Origin: an uncultured Christensenella sp.
GTDB lineage: Bacteria; Bacillota; Clostridia; Christensenellales; UBA1750
Assembly (NCBI GenBank): GCA_948468595.1
Contig: CAOKIU010000003.1
Span: 11,213 to 75,212 of the forward strand
Length of the DNA: 64,000 bases
Direction of reading: 5' to 3'
Shown here in pieces: positions 38,265-49,500 of the stretch. Below the pieces are notes generated by a model. The model saw only the letters and a list, made by a program, of their open reading frames with translations, ran no database searches and had not been told where the DNA came from. The position numbers were made by a program, and so were the translations under genes. Numbering within the stretch: position 1 is the first letter of the stretch; the number at the start of each line of letters is the position of its first letter.

Positions 38265-39143
38265 TTACAGCAGCATGCAGCGGAACCGAAGGCTGTCCCC
38301 CTGTGCCTGGCCCATCCCGGCAAAGCGCTCGCCCACATACACGCGCACGATCGCGCCATCCGCAGGCGGGTTCGTCAGGCCCGCCAAGGGGACGGGGTTG
38401 CCATTGCGCACCGCCCGCTCCAAGGCCTGGTCCAGGCGCACCTGGGCGATGTGCGCCAGCGGCGCGTCGCAGGGCAGAAGGGGCATCCGGCCCGCGCCGG
38501 CGCCCTGGAGAAACGCCTCCGGCGTGACGGCGGAGGCCAGGTCAAAGACGCCCGTGCGCGTCCTGAGCAAAAAGGACATGTGCGCACAGGTGCCCATGGC
38601 CGCGCCGATGTCGTGGCACAGGGTGCGGATATAGGTGCCCCGGCCGCAGAACACGTCGATTAGGAAGCGATTCTCCCCGGTCTGCGCGATGAAATCGATG
38701 CGCTCAATGCGCACCGTGCGGCGCGGGACCTCCACCGCTTCCCCGGCGCGGGCCGCCTGATAGAGCTTGCGCCCGCCCACCTTAATGGCGGAGTACATCG
38801 AGGGCACCTGCTCGATCTCGCCCACAAACTGGGGCAGGACGCGCAGCAGCGCCTCGGCGCTCGCGCCGGGGCCGCGCCGAATCACGCGGCCGGTGGCGTC
38901 CTGGGCGTCGGTCGCCGCGCCCACGCAAAGCTCTGCCCGGTATGTCTTTTCCTTGTCGCTCACATAGTCGAAAAGCCGCGTGGCCTTTCCCACGCCGATG
39001 GGCAGCACGCCCGCCGCCTCGGGGTCCAGGGTGCCCATGTGGCCCACCTTAACGCCCCTGGGCAGGGCGCGGCGCACCATCACCACCGCATCGGAGGAGG
39101 TCATGCCCGGCGGCTTGAGCAGGTTCAAAAATCCCTCCGTCAT
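38265..39143 (-). CDS. truB: tRNA pseudouridine(55) synthase
   Basis: KPPGMTSSD and GHMGTLDPEAAGVLPIGVGKATR (catalytic Asp motif). Confidence 0.95.
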   Translation of the reverse strand: MTEGFLNLLKPPGMTSSDAVVMVRRALPRGVKVGHMGTLDPEAAGVLPIGVGKATRLFDYVSDKEKTYRAELCVGAATDAQDATGRVIRRGPGASAEALLRVLPQFVGEIEQVPSMYSAIKVGGRKLYQAARAGEAVEVPRRTVRIERIDFIAQTGENRFLIDVFCGRGTYIRTLCHDIGAAMGTCAHMSFLLRTRTGVFDLASAVTPEAFLQGAGAGRMPLLPCDAPLAHIAQVRLDQALERAVRNGNPVPLAGLTNPPADGAIVRVYVGERFAGMGQAQGDSLRFRCMLL

Positions 39144-40090
39144 CTCACCAGCTCCATCAGCGCGTTCTCCATCTCAGCCTCGGCCTCCTCCATGGTTTTG
39201 CCGTAGAAGCTGCACCCGGCCGCCAGAATGTGCCCGCCGCCGCCAAAGCGCGCGGCCACCGCCGCCACGTCCAGCGGCTCGCGGGCGCGCAGGGAGCACT
39301 TGACAAAGCCCTCCCGCTGGCTGAGCAGGGCCGCCGCGCGCACGCCCTTGATCTCCAAGGCAAAGTTGATGATGCCGTCGGTATCCTCCTGCGTGGCGCG
39401 AAGCTCTTGCATGTCCTCCCGCGTCACGCGCATCAGCGCCACGCGCCCGTCCGCCTTGAGCCTCAAGCCGTTGAGCACGCGGCCCAGCATGCGGATATGC
39501 CCTTCGGTACTGGTGTGATAGAGGTTTTCGGTGATGACGCTGGTTTTCGCGCCGCAATCCACCAGCGCGCCCGCCGCGCGGAAGGTCTCGCCCGTAACGC
39601 TTGCGAAGCTAAAGTTCCCGGTGTCGGTGGAGACGCCCGCCAGCAGGCACATGGCCGCCGCCCGCGGGATGCTCCAACCGCACTGCGCGCAGAGCTCCGT
39701 GACAATCTGCGCGGTGGCCGCGGCCTGGGGCCGCACCACGTGGATGGGCGCAAAGGGCTGCGTGGTCATGTGATGGTCGATCATGGCGCGGCTTCGCGCG
39801 CGGTCAAACACCGCCGCCGCGGAACCCATGCGTTCCCGGTCGGAGACGTCGATGCTGACGCACAAATCGTACACTTCGTCGTCCGGCAGGCGCACGTCCT
39901 TTAAGCCCTCCAAAAAGAGAAAGCGCTCCGACACCGCATCCTGGTCGTAGATGTTGACGCGCTTGCCCATGCTCTGTAGGATCATGCGCAGGGCCGCCGC
40001 CGAGCCCAGCGTATCCATGTCGGGGGAGACGTGGCAGACCAGGGCGATGCTCGCCGCTGCCTCCAGCGCCCCTTTCAATTCTGCAATCAT
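39140..40090 (-). CDS. nrnA: DHH/DHHA1 phosphoesterase (NrnA-like oligoribonuclease / pAp phosphatase)
   Basis: HVSPDMDTLGS, MIDHHMT (DHH) and GGGGHILAAG (DHHA1 GGGH). Confidence 0.85.
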   Translation of the reverse strand: MIAELKGALEAAASIALVCHVSPDMDTLGSAAALRMILQSMGKRVNIYDQDAVSERFLFLEGLKDVRLPDDEVYDLCVSIDVSDRERMGSAAAVFDRARSRAMIDHHMTTQPFAPIHVVRPQAAATAQIVTELCAQCGWSIPRAAAMCLLAGVSTDTGNFSFASVTGETFRAAGALVDCGAKTSVITENLYHTSTEGHIRMLGRVLNGLRLKADGRVALMRVTREDMQELRATQEDTDGIINFALEIKGVRAAALLSQREGFVKCSLRAREPLDVAAVAARFGGGGHILAAGCSFYGKTMEEAEAEMENALMELVR

Positions 40091-40470
40091 GGCTCTTCCT
40101 TCTCGTCCTCTTGATTGTCCGCGGTGGAAATATCGCGCAGGAGCGAAGCGATGTGCACGCTGTAGGCGATGGAATCATCCGCCACAAACGCCAGCTCCGG
40201 AATGGTGCGCAGGATGATCTCCTGCCCCAGCGCGTGCCGGATGAAGCCCTGGGCGCTTTTGAGCGCCTTGAGCATGTCCTTTTTCTCCTGTTCGCTCGCC
40301 GTCATGGCGCTGATGGATACCTTGGCGTGCCTAAGGTCCCTGGCCAGCTCTACGCCCGTAATGGAGAATACCTCGGGAATCCTAGGGTCCTTGACCTGGT
40401 TGCGGATGATGTTGTCCAGCCCGCGCCGGAGCTCCTCCGCCTGCCGGTCCACTCTGTCAAATCCTGGCAT
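40087..40470 (-). CDS. rbfA: Ribosome-binding factor A
   Basis: ATG 40470. RQAEELRRGLDNIIRNQVKDPRIPEVFSITGVELARDLRHAKV is the RbfA KH-like core. Confidence 0.9.
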   Translation of the reverse strand: MPGFDRVDRQAEELRRGLDNIIRNQVKDPRIPEVFSITGVELARDLRHAKVSISAMTASEQEKKDMLKALKSAQGFIRHALGQEIILRTIPELAFVADDSIAYSVHIASLLRDISTADNQEDEKEEP

Positions 40471-40636
40471 ATGCTTGTCCTCGTTTCCTTCAATGGTTCG
40501 ATGGCTTTGCTGCATCGGGCTTTATCTTTCCCCCTGCGCGCAAAATCGATCATGCCCGCGCTCTTAACTCAACGCCGGCGTTGGCAAACGGCGGCAGGCG
40601 ACTTTTCCCATCGCCCGCCGCCGCGTTTTCACTCGT

Positions 40637-43366
40637 TTAGTTTTCGATTTCCTCCATGACGAAGCACTCGATGACATCCAGCTCCTTCATGTCGTTGTAG
40701 CCCTCCAGGCCGATGCCGCACTCGTAGCCCGCGTTGACCTCGCGCGCGTCGTCCTTAAAGCGCTTGAGGGAATCGAGGTTGCCCTCGAAGATGACCACGT
40801 TATCGCGCAGCAGGCGAACCTTGCCGTTGCGGCGCATGACGCCATCGGTGACCATGCAGCCGGCGATGGTGCCCACGCCCGAGACGCGGAAGGTCTGGCG
40901 CACCTCGGCATGGCCGAGGATAACCTCCTTGAACTTGGGGGCCAGCATGCCCTTCATGGCCGCCTTGACCTCCTCAATGGCGTCGTAGATGATGCGGTAG
41001 AGGCGCACATCCACGCCCTCGCGCTCGGCCAGGGCGCGCGCCTTGGCGTCGGGACGGACGTTAAAGCCGATGACAATGGCGTTGGAAGAGGCCGCAAGCG
41101 AGACGTCGCTTTCGTTGATGGCGCCCACGCCGCCGTGAATGGAGCGCACGCGCACCTCCTCATTGGAGAGCTTCTCCAGCGAGGCGCGCACCGCCTCCAC
41201 CGAGCCCTGCACGTCCGCCTTGACGATGACGTTGAGCTCCTTGATCTCGCCTTCCTGCATCTGGTTGAACAGATCGTCCAGGGTGGTCTTCTGCATGGCC
41301 TTGAGCTGCGCGGCCTTGAGCTTGTCGCGGCGCTCCTCGGCCACCTGGCGGGAGAGCTTGTCGTCCGTGGAGACGTAGAGCAGGTCGCCCGCGTCGGGCA
41401 CTTCGCTAAAGCCGATGATCTCCACCGGCGTGGAGGGTCCCGCCTCGGTGATGCGCTGGCCCTGGTCGCTGACCATGGCGCGCACGCGGCCGTAGGCCGT
41501 GCCGGCGACGATGGTATCGCCCACGCGGATGGTGCCGTTCTGCACAAGGAGGGTCGCCACCGGGCCGCGGCCCTTGTCCAGGCGCGCCTCGATGATGGTG
41601 CCCCTGGCCGGGCGGTTGGGGTTGGCCTTGAGCTCCTTCATCTCCGCCGTGAGCAGGATCATCTCCAGCAGGTTGTCAATGCCCTGCTGCGTCACGGCCG
41701 AAACCGGCGCGCAGATCACGTCGCCGCCCCAATCCTCGGGGACCAGCTCGTGCTCGGTGAGTTCCTGCTTGACGCGCTCGGGGTTGGCCGTGGGCTTATC
41801 CATCTTGTTGATGGCCACGATGATGGGCACGCCCGCCGCCTTGGAGTGGTTGATGGCCTCCACGGTCTGGGGCATGATGCCGTCGTCCGCGGCGACGACC
41901 AGCACCACAATATCGGTGCACTGGGCGCCGCGCATGCGCATGGCGGTGAAGGCCTCATGGCCGGGCGTATCCAGGAAGGTGATGCGCTGGCCGTGAATCT
42001 GCGCGGTATAGGCGCCGATGTGCTGGGTGATGCCGCCCGCCTCGCCGGCGGTGACATGGGTGGCGCGGATGCAGTCCAGCAGCGAGGTCTTGCCGTGGTC
42101 GACGTGGCCCATGATGGTGACCACCGGCGGCCGGGGCTGGAGATCCTCCTCCTTGTCCTGCTCCGTCTCCTCCTCCAGCGTCTCTTCGTAGGTCTTATCC
42201 AGCTTCAGTTCAAGCTCTATGCCGAATTCCGTGCAGACCAGCTGCGCGGTGTCAAAGTCCAATTCCTGATTGATGGTGGCCATGATGCCCAGCAGCAGCA
42301 GCTTTTTGATGATCTCGCCCGCGGGCTTGCCGATGCGCTCGGTCAGGTCCTTAACGGTGATCTTCTCGGCGGTCATGTACGCCTTTTCGATCTTGATGGG
42401 CTCGGGCCGGGGCGCGAACTGCTGGCCCTTCTTGGGCTTGCGGCTGCGGCGCCACTCGTCGTCAAGACCGCCCGCGGCCCTGACGTTCTCCTTCATGATC
42501 TGCTTCTTGGGCTTTTGCGCCTTCTTTTCGGGATCGTGCTGGCGCTGGTAATTGTTCTTGTTGGGATCGTAGTTGCTGACGCGCTCCTTCTCCATCACCG
42601 GGGTGAGCTCGGGCGCCTTGGGGCGGCCGAATCCGCCGGAGCGGGAGGCCGGGCGGCGCTGCACGTCCGCATCCTTATCCTTGTCGCGCGGCGCAAAGGG
42701 GCGCGCGCCATCCCTGGGGGGGTAGGGCCGCTGTTGCCCGTCCCTGGGGGGATAGGGCCTCTGTTGGCCGTCTCTGGGCGGATAGGGGCGCTGCTGCCCG
42801 TCTCTGGGCGGGTAGGGCCGCCGCTCCCCCTGCTGCGCGCCCGCCGGGGGCACGAAGTTGGGATTCTGGCGGTTGACCAGCGCGTTGGGGTCGTTGGGAT
42901 TGGGGATAAAGGGCCGGGGCACGAAAGCGCCGGGCCGCTGCGGGCGGCCTCCCGCCTGGGGCCGGGGAGCGGCCGGCTGGCGCGGCGGCGTCTGGGGGCG
43001 GGGGGACTCGGCCTTGGGCGCTTCCGCCTGGGTGGGCTGCTGCGGCTGCTGGGCCGGCGCGCTCTCCCCCTGCGTTTCCTTGCGGGAGATCTCGCGCTGG
43101 GCGAGCACCGCCGCGCGCAGGGCCTCCTCCTGGGCGTTGGCCGCGGCGATGCGGTCCTCCTCTTCCCGGATGCGCTCCTGCTCCTGGCGAATGCGGTCGG
43201 CCTCCGCACGCTCCTTTTCTTCCTTCTCCTGCATCTGCTCTTCCAGCCGGCGCAGCGCCGCAAGCGTATCCTGCGTGCCCTTGCGGGTGGAGGCGATTCT
43301 CTCCATCAACTCCTGAGCGCCCGCGCCCAGTTGTTTGGCGGCGTCCTGGACTTTCACTTTTGTCAT
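40637..43366 (-). CDS. infB: Translation initiation factor IF-2
   Basis: 909 aa with G domain ([24 protein letters not shown]) and a long low-complexity N-terminal region. Confidence 0.97.
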   Translation of the reverse strand: MTKVKVQDAAKQLGAGAQELMERIASTRKGTQDTLAALRRLEEQMQEKEEKERAEADRIRQEQERIREEEDRIAAANAQEEALRAAVLAQREISRKETQGESAPAQQPQQPTQAEAPKAESPRPQTPPRQPAAPRPQAGGRPQRPGAFVPRPFIPNPNDPNALVNRQNPNFVPPAGAQQGERRPYPPRDGQQRPYPPRDGQQRPYPPRDGQQRPYPPRDGARPFAPRDKDKDADVQRRPASRSGGFGRPKAPELTPVMEKERVSNYDPNKNNYQRQHDPEKKAQKPKKQIMKENVRAAGGLDDEWRRSRKPKKGQQFAPRPEPIKIEKAYMTAEKITVKDLTERIGKPAGEIIKKLLLLGIMATINQELDFDTAQLVCTEFGIELELKLDKTYEETLEEETEQDKEEDLQPRPPVVTIMGHVDHGKTSLLDCIRATHVTAGEAGGITQHIGAYTAQIHGQRITFLDTPGHEAFTAMRMRGAQCTDIVVLVVAADDGIMPQTVEAINHSKAAGVPIIVAINKMDKPTANPERVKQELTEHELVPEDWGGDVICAPVSAVTQQGIDNLLEMILLTAEMKELKANPNRPARGTIIEARLDKGRGPVATLLVQNGTIRVGDTIVAGTAYGRVRAMVSDQGQRITEAGPSTPVEIIGFSEVPDAGDLLYVSTDDKLSRQVAEERRDKLKAAQLKAMQKTTLDDLFNQMQEGEIKELNVIVKADVQGSVEAVRASLEKLSNEEVRVRSIHGGVGAINESDVSLAASSNAIVIGFNVRPDAKARALAEREGVDVRLYRIIYDAIEEVKAAMKGMLAPKFKEVILGHAEVRQTFRVSGVGTIAGCMVTDGVMRRNGKVRLLRDNVVIFEGNLDSLKRFKDDAREVNAGYECGIGLEGYNDMKELDVIECFVMEEIEN
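42683..42820 (-). repeat. In-frame 30-nt tandem repeat inside infB ([10 protein letters not shown] x3, plus two degenerate copies)
   Basis: Residues 183-228: [46 protein letters not shown]. Confidence 0.9.
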
Positions 43367-43689
43367 TCTACTTCTACACCCCCGTGTTCACTTTCGTCCT
43401 TGATTTTCTCAATTGCCTTTGCAAAGCCCGCGTCGCACAGGGCGACCATGGTTCTGCCGGGCTTGCCGATCAACGCGCCTAAGTCCTCCACGTAAAGCAG
43501 CGGGAGTGCGTACGCAGTGTTTAGCTTACCCATTGTATCCTTGGTGTTCGCGGAGGCGTTTTCATCCGCGAGCAGCATAACTGCCTGTTTTTTCTGAATC
43601 GCGGCCCTGACCGCCGTTTCGCCCGATTGCAGCTTTCCGGCCTTGGCGGCCAGGGAGATCATGCCGTGCAACTTACTCCTCACGGGCAT
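43363..43689 (-). CDS. ylxQ: L7Ae-family RNA-binding protein YlxQ-like
   Basis: 108 aa. [17 protein letters not shown]...[14 protein letters not shown] has the L7Ae/YlxQ layout. Conserved position between ylxR and infB. Confidence 0.8.
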   Translation of the reverse strand: MPVRSKLHGMISLAAKAGKLQSGETAVRAAIQKKQAVMLLADENASANTKDTMGKLNTAYALPLLYVEDLGALIGKPGRTMVALCDAGFAKAIEKIKDESEHGGVEVE

Positions 43690-43945
43690 CCAACTCCTTT
43701 TTTAGCTGCTCATAGACGGCGGGCTCAATGGCCGCCTCCAGCGTGCGCTCCAGGGTCTTGGCCTTGCGCGCCTTTTCCAAGCACGCGCCCGAGGGGCAGA
43801 CGTAGGCGCCCCTGCCCGCGGCCTTGCCGGTGCGGTCGAGCATAACGGCGCCCTGCGGCGGCCGGACCACGCGGATCAGCTCCTTTTTGGGCTTCATCTC
43901 GCGGCAGCCCACGCACATGCGCATGGGGATCTTTTTTTGCTTCAA
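43673..43945 (-). CDS. ylxR: YlxR family (DUF448) RNA-binding protein
   Basis: 90 aa. RMCVGCREMKPKKELIRVV...GRGAYVC signature. Confidence 0.9.
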   Translation of the reverse strand: MKQKKIPMRMCVGCREMKPKKELIRVVRPPQGAVMLDRTGKAAGRGAYVCPSGACLEKARKAKTLERTLEAAIEPAVYEQLKKELDAREE

Positions 43946-43948
43946 GCG

Positions 43949-44995
43949 CTACACCCCCATGCTCTCTTCCATCTGGGACTGGGACTTGATGTCGATCTTC
44001 CAGCCGGTGAGCTTGGCGGCCAGGCGGGCGTTCTGCCCCTCCTTGCCGATGGCCAGGGAGAGCTGGTTGTCCAGCACCACGACCTTGGCGGCCTTTTCAT
44101 GCTCGTTGACGAACACGCCCACCACCTTTGCCGGGGAGAGCGCCTGGGCGATGTACTCGGCGGGGTCGGAGGACCACTTGATGATGTCCACCTTTTCGCC
44201 CCGCAGCTCGTTTACGATGGTTTCCACGCGCGTGCCGCGCTGGCCCACGCAAGCGCCCACAGGATCAATCGCCTGGTCGGAGGAATAGACCGCCATCTTG
44301 GTGCGGTAGCCCGCCTCTCGGGCGATGGACTTGATCTGCACCACGCCCGTCTGGATCTCGGGCACCTCCATCTCAAAGAGGCGCTTGACCAGGCCGGAGT
44401 GCGTGCGGGAGACCATCACCTGCGGGCCCTTTTGCGAGCGGTTGACCTCCATGACGTAGACCTTGACGCGGTCGCCGGGGTGGAACTCCTCCTCGGGCAT
44501 CTGCTGGGAGGGATCGAGCACGCCCTCGGTGCGGTTTAGGTCCACGTAGACGGTCTTGCCCTCCACGCGCAGCACAATGGCGGTGAGGATCTCCGCCTCT
44601 TTTTCAATGTACTCATCGTAGATCACCCCGCGCTCCGCCTCGCGGATGCGCTGGATGATGACCTGCTTGGCCGCCTGCGCGGCGATGCGTCCGAAGTTGC
44701 GGGGGGTGACCTCCACCTCCACAATGTCGCCCAGCTCGTACTTGTTGCCTACCGCGGGGTTATCCAGGGCGATTTCCAATTGCGGGTTTTCCACAACCTC
44801 GACGACCTTCTTCTGCGCGTAAACCGCCACCTCGCCGGTGATGGCGTCCAGGGTGACGCGCGCGTTGGAGGCGGAGTCGAAGTTCTTTTTATAGGCGGAC
44901 ATCAGCGCCTGCTCGATGGCCTCCAGCAGCACTTCTTTTTTAATCCTGCGGGTTTTGCAAAGCTCGTTGAGCGCCTCGATAAACTCTACATTCAT
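43949..44995 (-). CDS. nusA: Transcription termination/antitermination factor NusA
   Basis: 348 aa. N-terminal domain, S1 and two KH domains (IGACVGQRGTRV, LAIGKEGQNARLA). Confidence 0.97.
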   Translation of the reverse strand: MNVEFIEALNELCKTRRIKKEVLLEAIEQALMSAYKKNFDSASNARVTLDAITGEVAVYAQKKVVEVVENPQLEIALDNPAVGNKYELGDIVEVEVTPRNFGRIAAQAAKQVIIQRIREAERGVIYDEYIEKEAEILTAIVLRVEGKTVYVDLNRTEGVLDPSQQMPEEEFHPGDRVKVYVMEVNRSQKGPQVMVSRTHSGLVKRLFEMEVPEIQTGVVQIKSIAREAGYRTKMAVYSSDQAIDPVGACVGQRGTRVETIVNELRGEKVDIIKWSSDPAEYIAQALSPAKVVGVFVNEHEKAAKVVVLDNQLSLAIGKEGQNARLAAKLTGWKIDIKSQSQMEESMGV

Positions 44996-45000
44996 GCCTT

Positions 45001-45468
45001 CTACTCCTCCTCAATGTCCTCATATTCGATCACAGGCTTGACCAGGGCGCAGTCCTTGCGGGGGAAGCGCCTCTGCCCGTCCTCCATGGCGATGACCACC
45101 TGGTCCTCCACCAATCCGACAAGCTGCCCTGTATACTGCTTGGCGCCGTCCAGCGCGCGGTAGAGCTTGACTTCCACCCGCTCGCCCCGGGCCCTTTCAA
45201 AGTCGCGCGGGCGCTTGAGCGGGCGATCCACCCCGGGGGAGGAGATCTCCAGATAATCGTACTCCAGATCCTCCAGGTCTTTTTGGATGGCATGGTGGTA
45301 GAGTGCGCAGTCATCCAGCGACATGCCGCCCTCCTTGTCCACAAAAATGCGCAAAAAAGCCGCGCCGTGCTCTTTGGCGAGCTCGACGTCGACAAATTCG
45401 TATCCCATTTTTACCGCGAGACGCTCCGCAATCTCTCCAGCTATTGCCGTCACGCTTTTTTTCGCCAA
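45001..45468 (-). CDS. rimP: Ribosome maturation factor RimP
   Basis: TTG 45468 lies 7 nt after GGAGG (the track ORF starts further upstream). GYEFVDVEL...LRIFVDKEGG...ISSPGVDRPL are typical RimP blocks. Confidence 0.9.
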   Translation of the reverse strand: MAKKSVTAIAGEIAERLAVKMGYEFVDVELAKEHGAAFLRIFVDKEGGMSLDDCALYHHAIQKDLEDLEYDYLEISSPGVDRPLKRPRDFERARGERVEVKLYRALDGAKQYTGQLVGLVEDQVVIAMEDGQRRFPRKDCALVKPVIEYEDIEEE

Positions 45469-45561
45469 TGTTTTTCCTCCGAACCGGTCGCATTGTCCAT
45501 TCGACAATAGTAAAGAGCGGGAAAATGCCTCCCACTCTCACCAAAGCTGCAATCCAAGGGT

Positions 45562-45590
45562 AGTATACCACTGTTTTCCCGCAAATACAA
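45562..45590 (-). promoter_or_regulatory. Sigma-A-like promoter for the rimP-nusA-infB operon
   Basis: Minus strand reads TTGTAT - 17 nt - TATACT, with TG one base upstream of the -10. Confidence 0.5.
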
Positions 45591-45769
45591 GAGAAAATCA
45601 CGAATTCCTTCCCGAAAGACCGCGCCAAAATGCGCGGGGCGAGGGTGTTTTTGCGCGGGTGCGTGAAAGCTGCCCAGCGCCCGGCGGCAGCCCGCGGGCG
45701 TTTTGATGGAGGCGCGAGCCTTTCGCCCCCTCCGTAGGGGTTAAGGGCCGGTCCTCCCCGAGGGCTTAA

Positions 45770-46530
45770 TTTCGAACAGGGATGCTTGCGCGGGCCTTTA
45801 GCAGATTCCCACGGTAGGCCGCGCGGGCCTTTTTTAACCGGGAGACCCGCGCGCGCCAAATAGGCCGTGCAGTCCGCCGGAAGGGCGGGGGCCCTCGCGT
45901 CTGCGCGGGCCCTAAGCCGCTGCCCCCGGCAGCCCGCGCAAGGCGGGGCAAGCGACCCATGCCGTTTCAGGCATGTGACTGTTTTATACCGGGAGATCTA
46001 CGCGCTACCCAAGCAGGCCGCGCAGCGCGTCGGAGGGGCGGGGCCCTTCCGTCTGCGCGAGCCTTTAGCCGCTACCCGCGCAAGGCGGCACAGGCTGCCC
46101 ATGACTGTACAAAGCCGCGCGGGCCTTTTTTATCCGGGAGACCCGCGCGCTGCCCAAGCAGGCCGCGCAGCGCGCTGGAGGGGCGGAGGCCCTTCCGTCT
46201 GCGCGGGTCCTTAGCCGCTGCCCCCGGCACCCCGCGCAAGGCGGCGCAGGCTGCCCATGACTGTACAAAGCCGCGCGGGCCTTTACAGATCCGCGCGGGC
46301 CTTCCTTTAAACAAGTAAGCAAGGCTGGCGCGATCCCCGGCAGACCGCGCAGCGCGCCGGAGAGACGGGGGCCCTCGCGTCTGCGCGGGCCCTAAGCCGC
46401 TGCCCCCGGCAGCCCGCGCAAGGCGGCGCAGGCTGTTCATGACTGTACAAAGCCGCGCAGCGCGCCGGAGGGGCGTCCGCCCGCGCAAGGCTAGGCAAGC
46501 GACCCATGCCGTTTCAGGCGCGGGCCTTTT
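45770..46530. repeat. Degenerate tandem repeat array (unit about 145-155 nt, at least 5 copies) resembling the polC 3' end plus downstream sequence
   Basis: Anchor ccgggag/cagggag recurs at about 45777, 45838, 45989, 46134 and 46537 (the last inside polC). gcgcgggcc occurs at least 8 times. A block of about 60 nt, gggccctcgcgtctgcgcgggccctaagccgctgcccccggcagcccgcgcaaggcgg, is identical at about 45889 and about 46368. Confidence 0.8.
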
Positions 46531-49500
46531 TTAGAACAGGGAGACCTGCGAGGTCTCCGGCAGGCCGTGCAGCGCGCCGGAGAGGCGGAGCTGCTCGATG
46601 GTGCCCGCACTCGCGCCCGCGCGGGCCTTGAGGTCCTCCACGGAGATAAAGGGGCGATCCTCCCGGACGGCCTCCTGGCAGGCGGCGTAGAGCGCGTCGG
46701 CCGCCGCGCCGCCCACGCCGGGCAGGCGGTTAAACGGCGGGCGGATGCGCCCATCCTCGATGAGGAACTCGTCCGCCGTGGACTTGTAAAGGTCCACCGG
46801 CAGGAAGTCAAAGCCCCGGGCGCGCATCTCGTAGACCAGCTCCAGCAGGGTGTAGGTATCGTCGTCCTTGGCCGTGCGCTCGTACTTGCCCAGCTTGTCG
46901 ATGCGGTTCATCTCCGCGTCCAGCTCCTCCGGCGTGCCCAGCATCAGGATGGCGTCGAAGTTATCCGCGCGCACGGTAAAGAAGGTGGCGTAGTACTCCA
47001 AGGGACGGTAGACCTTAAACCACGCCACGCGCAGCGCCATCATGACGTAGGCGGCGGCATGCCCCTTGGGGAACATGTACTTGATCTTCTTGCAGGAGTC
47101 GATGTAGTGCTCCGGCACGTTCTTCTCGCGCATGGCCGCCTCCATCTCCGGCGTGAGGCCGCGCCCCTTTCGCACCGCCTCCATGGTGGTAAAGGCCATC
47201 TTGGGCGCCACATCCATGCTGATTAAGTAATTCATGATGTCGTCTCTGGTACAGAAGCAGTCGTTGAGTTTGCAGATGCCCTGCAAAATCATGTCCTGCG
47301 CGTTGTTCAGCCATACGTCCGTGCCGTGGGACAGGCCGGAGATGCGGATCAGCTCGGCCATGGTGGAGGGCTTGGTGTCCTCCAGCATCTGGCGGACGAA
47401 CTTGGTGCCAAACTCCGGAATGCCCAGCGTGCCCTTGGTCACGCCGCGGATCTGGTTGGGCGCCAGGTCCAGCGGCTCCGGCGAGGAGAACAGGCCCAGC
47501 ACCTTGGGGTCGTTGAGCGGCAGCTCGGTGGCCTTGATGTGGGTCAGGCGCTCGAGCATGTTGATCATGGTGGGATCATCGTGGCCCAGCACGTCGAGCT
47601 TGACCAGAATGTCGTGCAGGGAGCCAAAGTCGAAATGGGTGGTGATAATGCCCGATCCCTTGTCGTCGGCAGGGTGCTGAATGGGGGAAAACTGATAGAT
47701 GGTGTATTCGTCCGGCACGATGACCATGCCGGCGGGGTGCTGGCCGGTGGTGCGCTTGACGCCCACGCAGCCCTTGACCAGCCGGTCCATTTCCACGCTC
47801 GTGGCCCGATGTCCCTTCTCCTCGCACCACTTTTTGACGTAGCCATAGGCGGTCTTGTCGGCCAGGGTGCCGATGGTGCCGGCCTTGAAGACCTGCCCCT
47901 GTCCAAAGAGCTCCTTGACGTATTCGTGCGCCCGGTGCTGGTAAATGCCGGAGAAGTTCAGGTCAATATCGGGCACCTTGTCGCCGTTGAAGCCCAGGAA
48001 CACCTCAAAGGGAATGTCGTAGCCGTTGTGCAGCAAGTCCGCGCCGCACCGGGGGCACTTGCGCTCGGGCAGGTCGATGCCGCAGGGATACTGGTGCACA
48101 TCCACGTCAAAGTCCGAAAAGCGGCACTGGGGGCAGACGTAGTGGGGCGGCAGGGGGTTGACCTCGGTGATGTTGCACATGGTGGCCGCGAACGACGAGC
48201 CCACCGAACCGCGGCTGCCCACCAGGAACCCATCCTCGTTGGACTTTTTGACCAGCAGGTGCGCCGAATAGTAGAGGGTGCCAAAGCCGTGCCCCAAAAT
48301 GGACTTGAGCTCCCGCTCCAACCGGGCGGAGACGATCTCGGGCAGCGGGTCGCCGTAGAGGTTGCGGGCGTTCTCCCAGGCCATGGATTCGATCTCCCGC
48401 TCGGCGTTCGGCAGCTGGGGCTGGAAGGTCTCCTCGTCGCGCGGGTGCTTGGGGAACATCTTGATCTCCCCCACCATGTCCGCGATCTTGCGGGGGTTGT
48501 CGATGACCACCTCTCTGGCGCGGTCGCCCAAATAGGCGAACTCATCCAGCATCTCCCTTGTGGTGCGCAGGTAGAGCGGCGCCTGCTGGTCGGCGTCGTC
48601 AAAGCCCATGCCCGTCATCAGGATCTCGCGGTAGACCGCGTCCTCCGGGTCGAGAAAGTGCACATCGCAGGTGGCGCATACGGGCTTGCCCAGCTTATCC
48701 CCCAGGGCGAGCACGCGGCGGTTCAAGTCCTGCAAGCCCTTTTCGTCCTTGATGAGGCCCTGGCGCACCATGAAGGCGTTGTTGCCGGTGGGCTGAATCT
48801 CCAAATAATCGTAAAAGGCGGCGATGCGCTCGAGCTCCTTGTCGCTCTTGCCCTCCACCATGGCGCGAATCAGCTCGCCCGCCTCGCACGCGGAGCCCAG
48901 GATCAGCCCCTGGCGGCGCTTGATCAGCTCCGACTTTAGGATGTGCGGCCGGCGGTCGAAGTGCTGCAAATGCGCGTCGGAGACGAGGCGGTAGAGGTTT
49001 TCCAGGCCCGCGCGCTCCTTGGCCAGGATCACAATGTGGTAGGAGGTGCCCGCCGCGGCGACCTTCTGGCCGAGCTTGTCGTTGAGGTCGCGCAGGGTGG
49101 AAACGCCGCGCGCCTTTGCGCGCTCCAGGAGCCGGATGAGCATGTGGGCGGTGGCGCGGGTATCGAACAGGGCGCGGTGGTGGGTGTCGAGCTTGACGTC
49201 CAGCTTTTTGCACACCTGGTCCAGCTTGTGGCGCTTGAGCTCGGTCATCACCGCGCGCGCCAGCGGCAGGGTATCCAAAACTTGATCGGGCAGGGTCACG
49301 CCGGCATTGGCTGCGTCGATGCGCAAAAAGCCGATGTCAAAGGGCGCGTTGTGCGCGCAGACCACGTGCCCGCGGCAGAAATCGGCCAGGGCGGGCATCG
49401 CCTCCTGGATGCAGGGCGCTCCCGCCACCATGTCGTCGGTGATGTTGTGGACCTTGATGGAGTCGGGCGGGATGCGCATGCCGGGGTTGACCATGGTGTG

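Noticed and set aside
45311-46488. Track ORFs lying in the rimP-polC spacer (45311..45859-, 45867..46214+, 45959..46318+, 46072..46488-) and in the ispG-polC spacer (50945..51409+, 51139..51741+) as real genes.
   Set aside because: They simply read through the tandem repeats, giving repetitive Arg/Ala/Pro-rich peptides. They have no RBS, and the frame is not preserved between repeat copies.
45770-46530. CRISPR array interpretation of the two repeat regions (also 51036..51362).
   Set aside because: The units abut directly with no unique spacers. They are 125-155 nt long and degenerate, and no cas genes are present. These are tandem repeats, not CRISPR.
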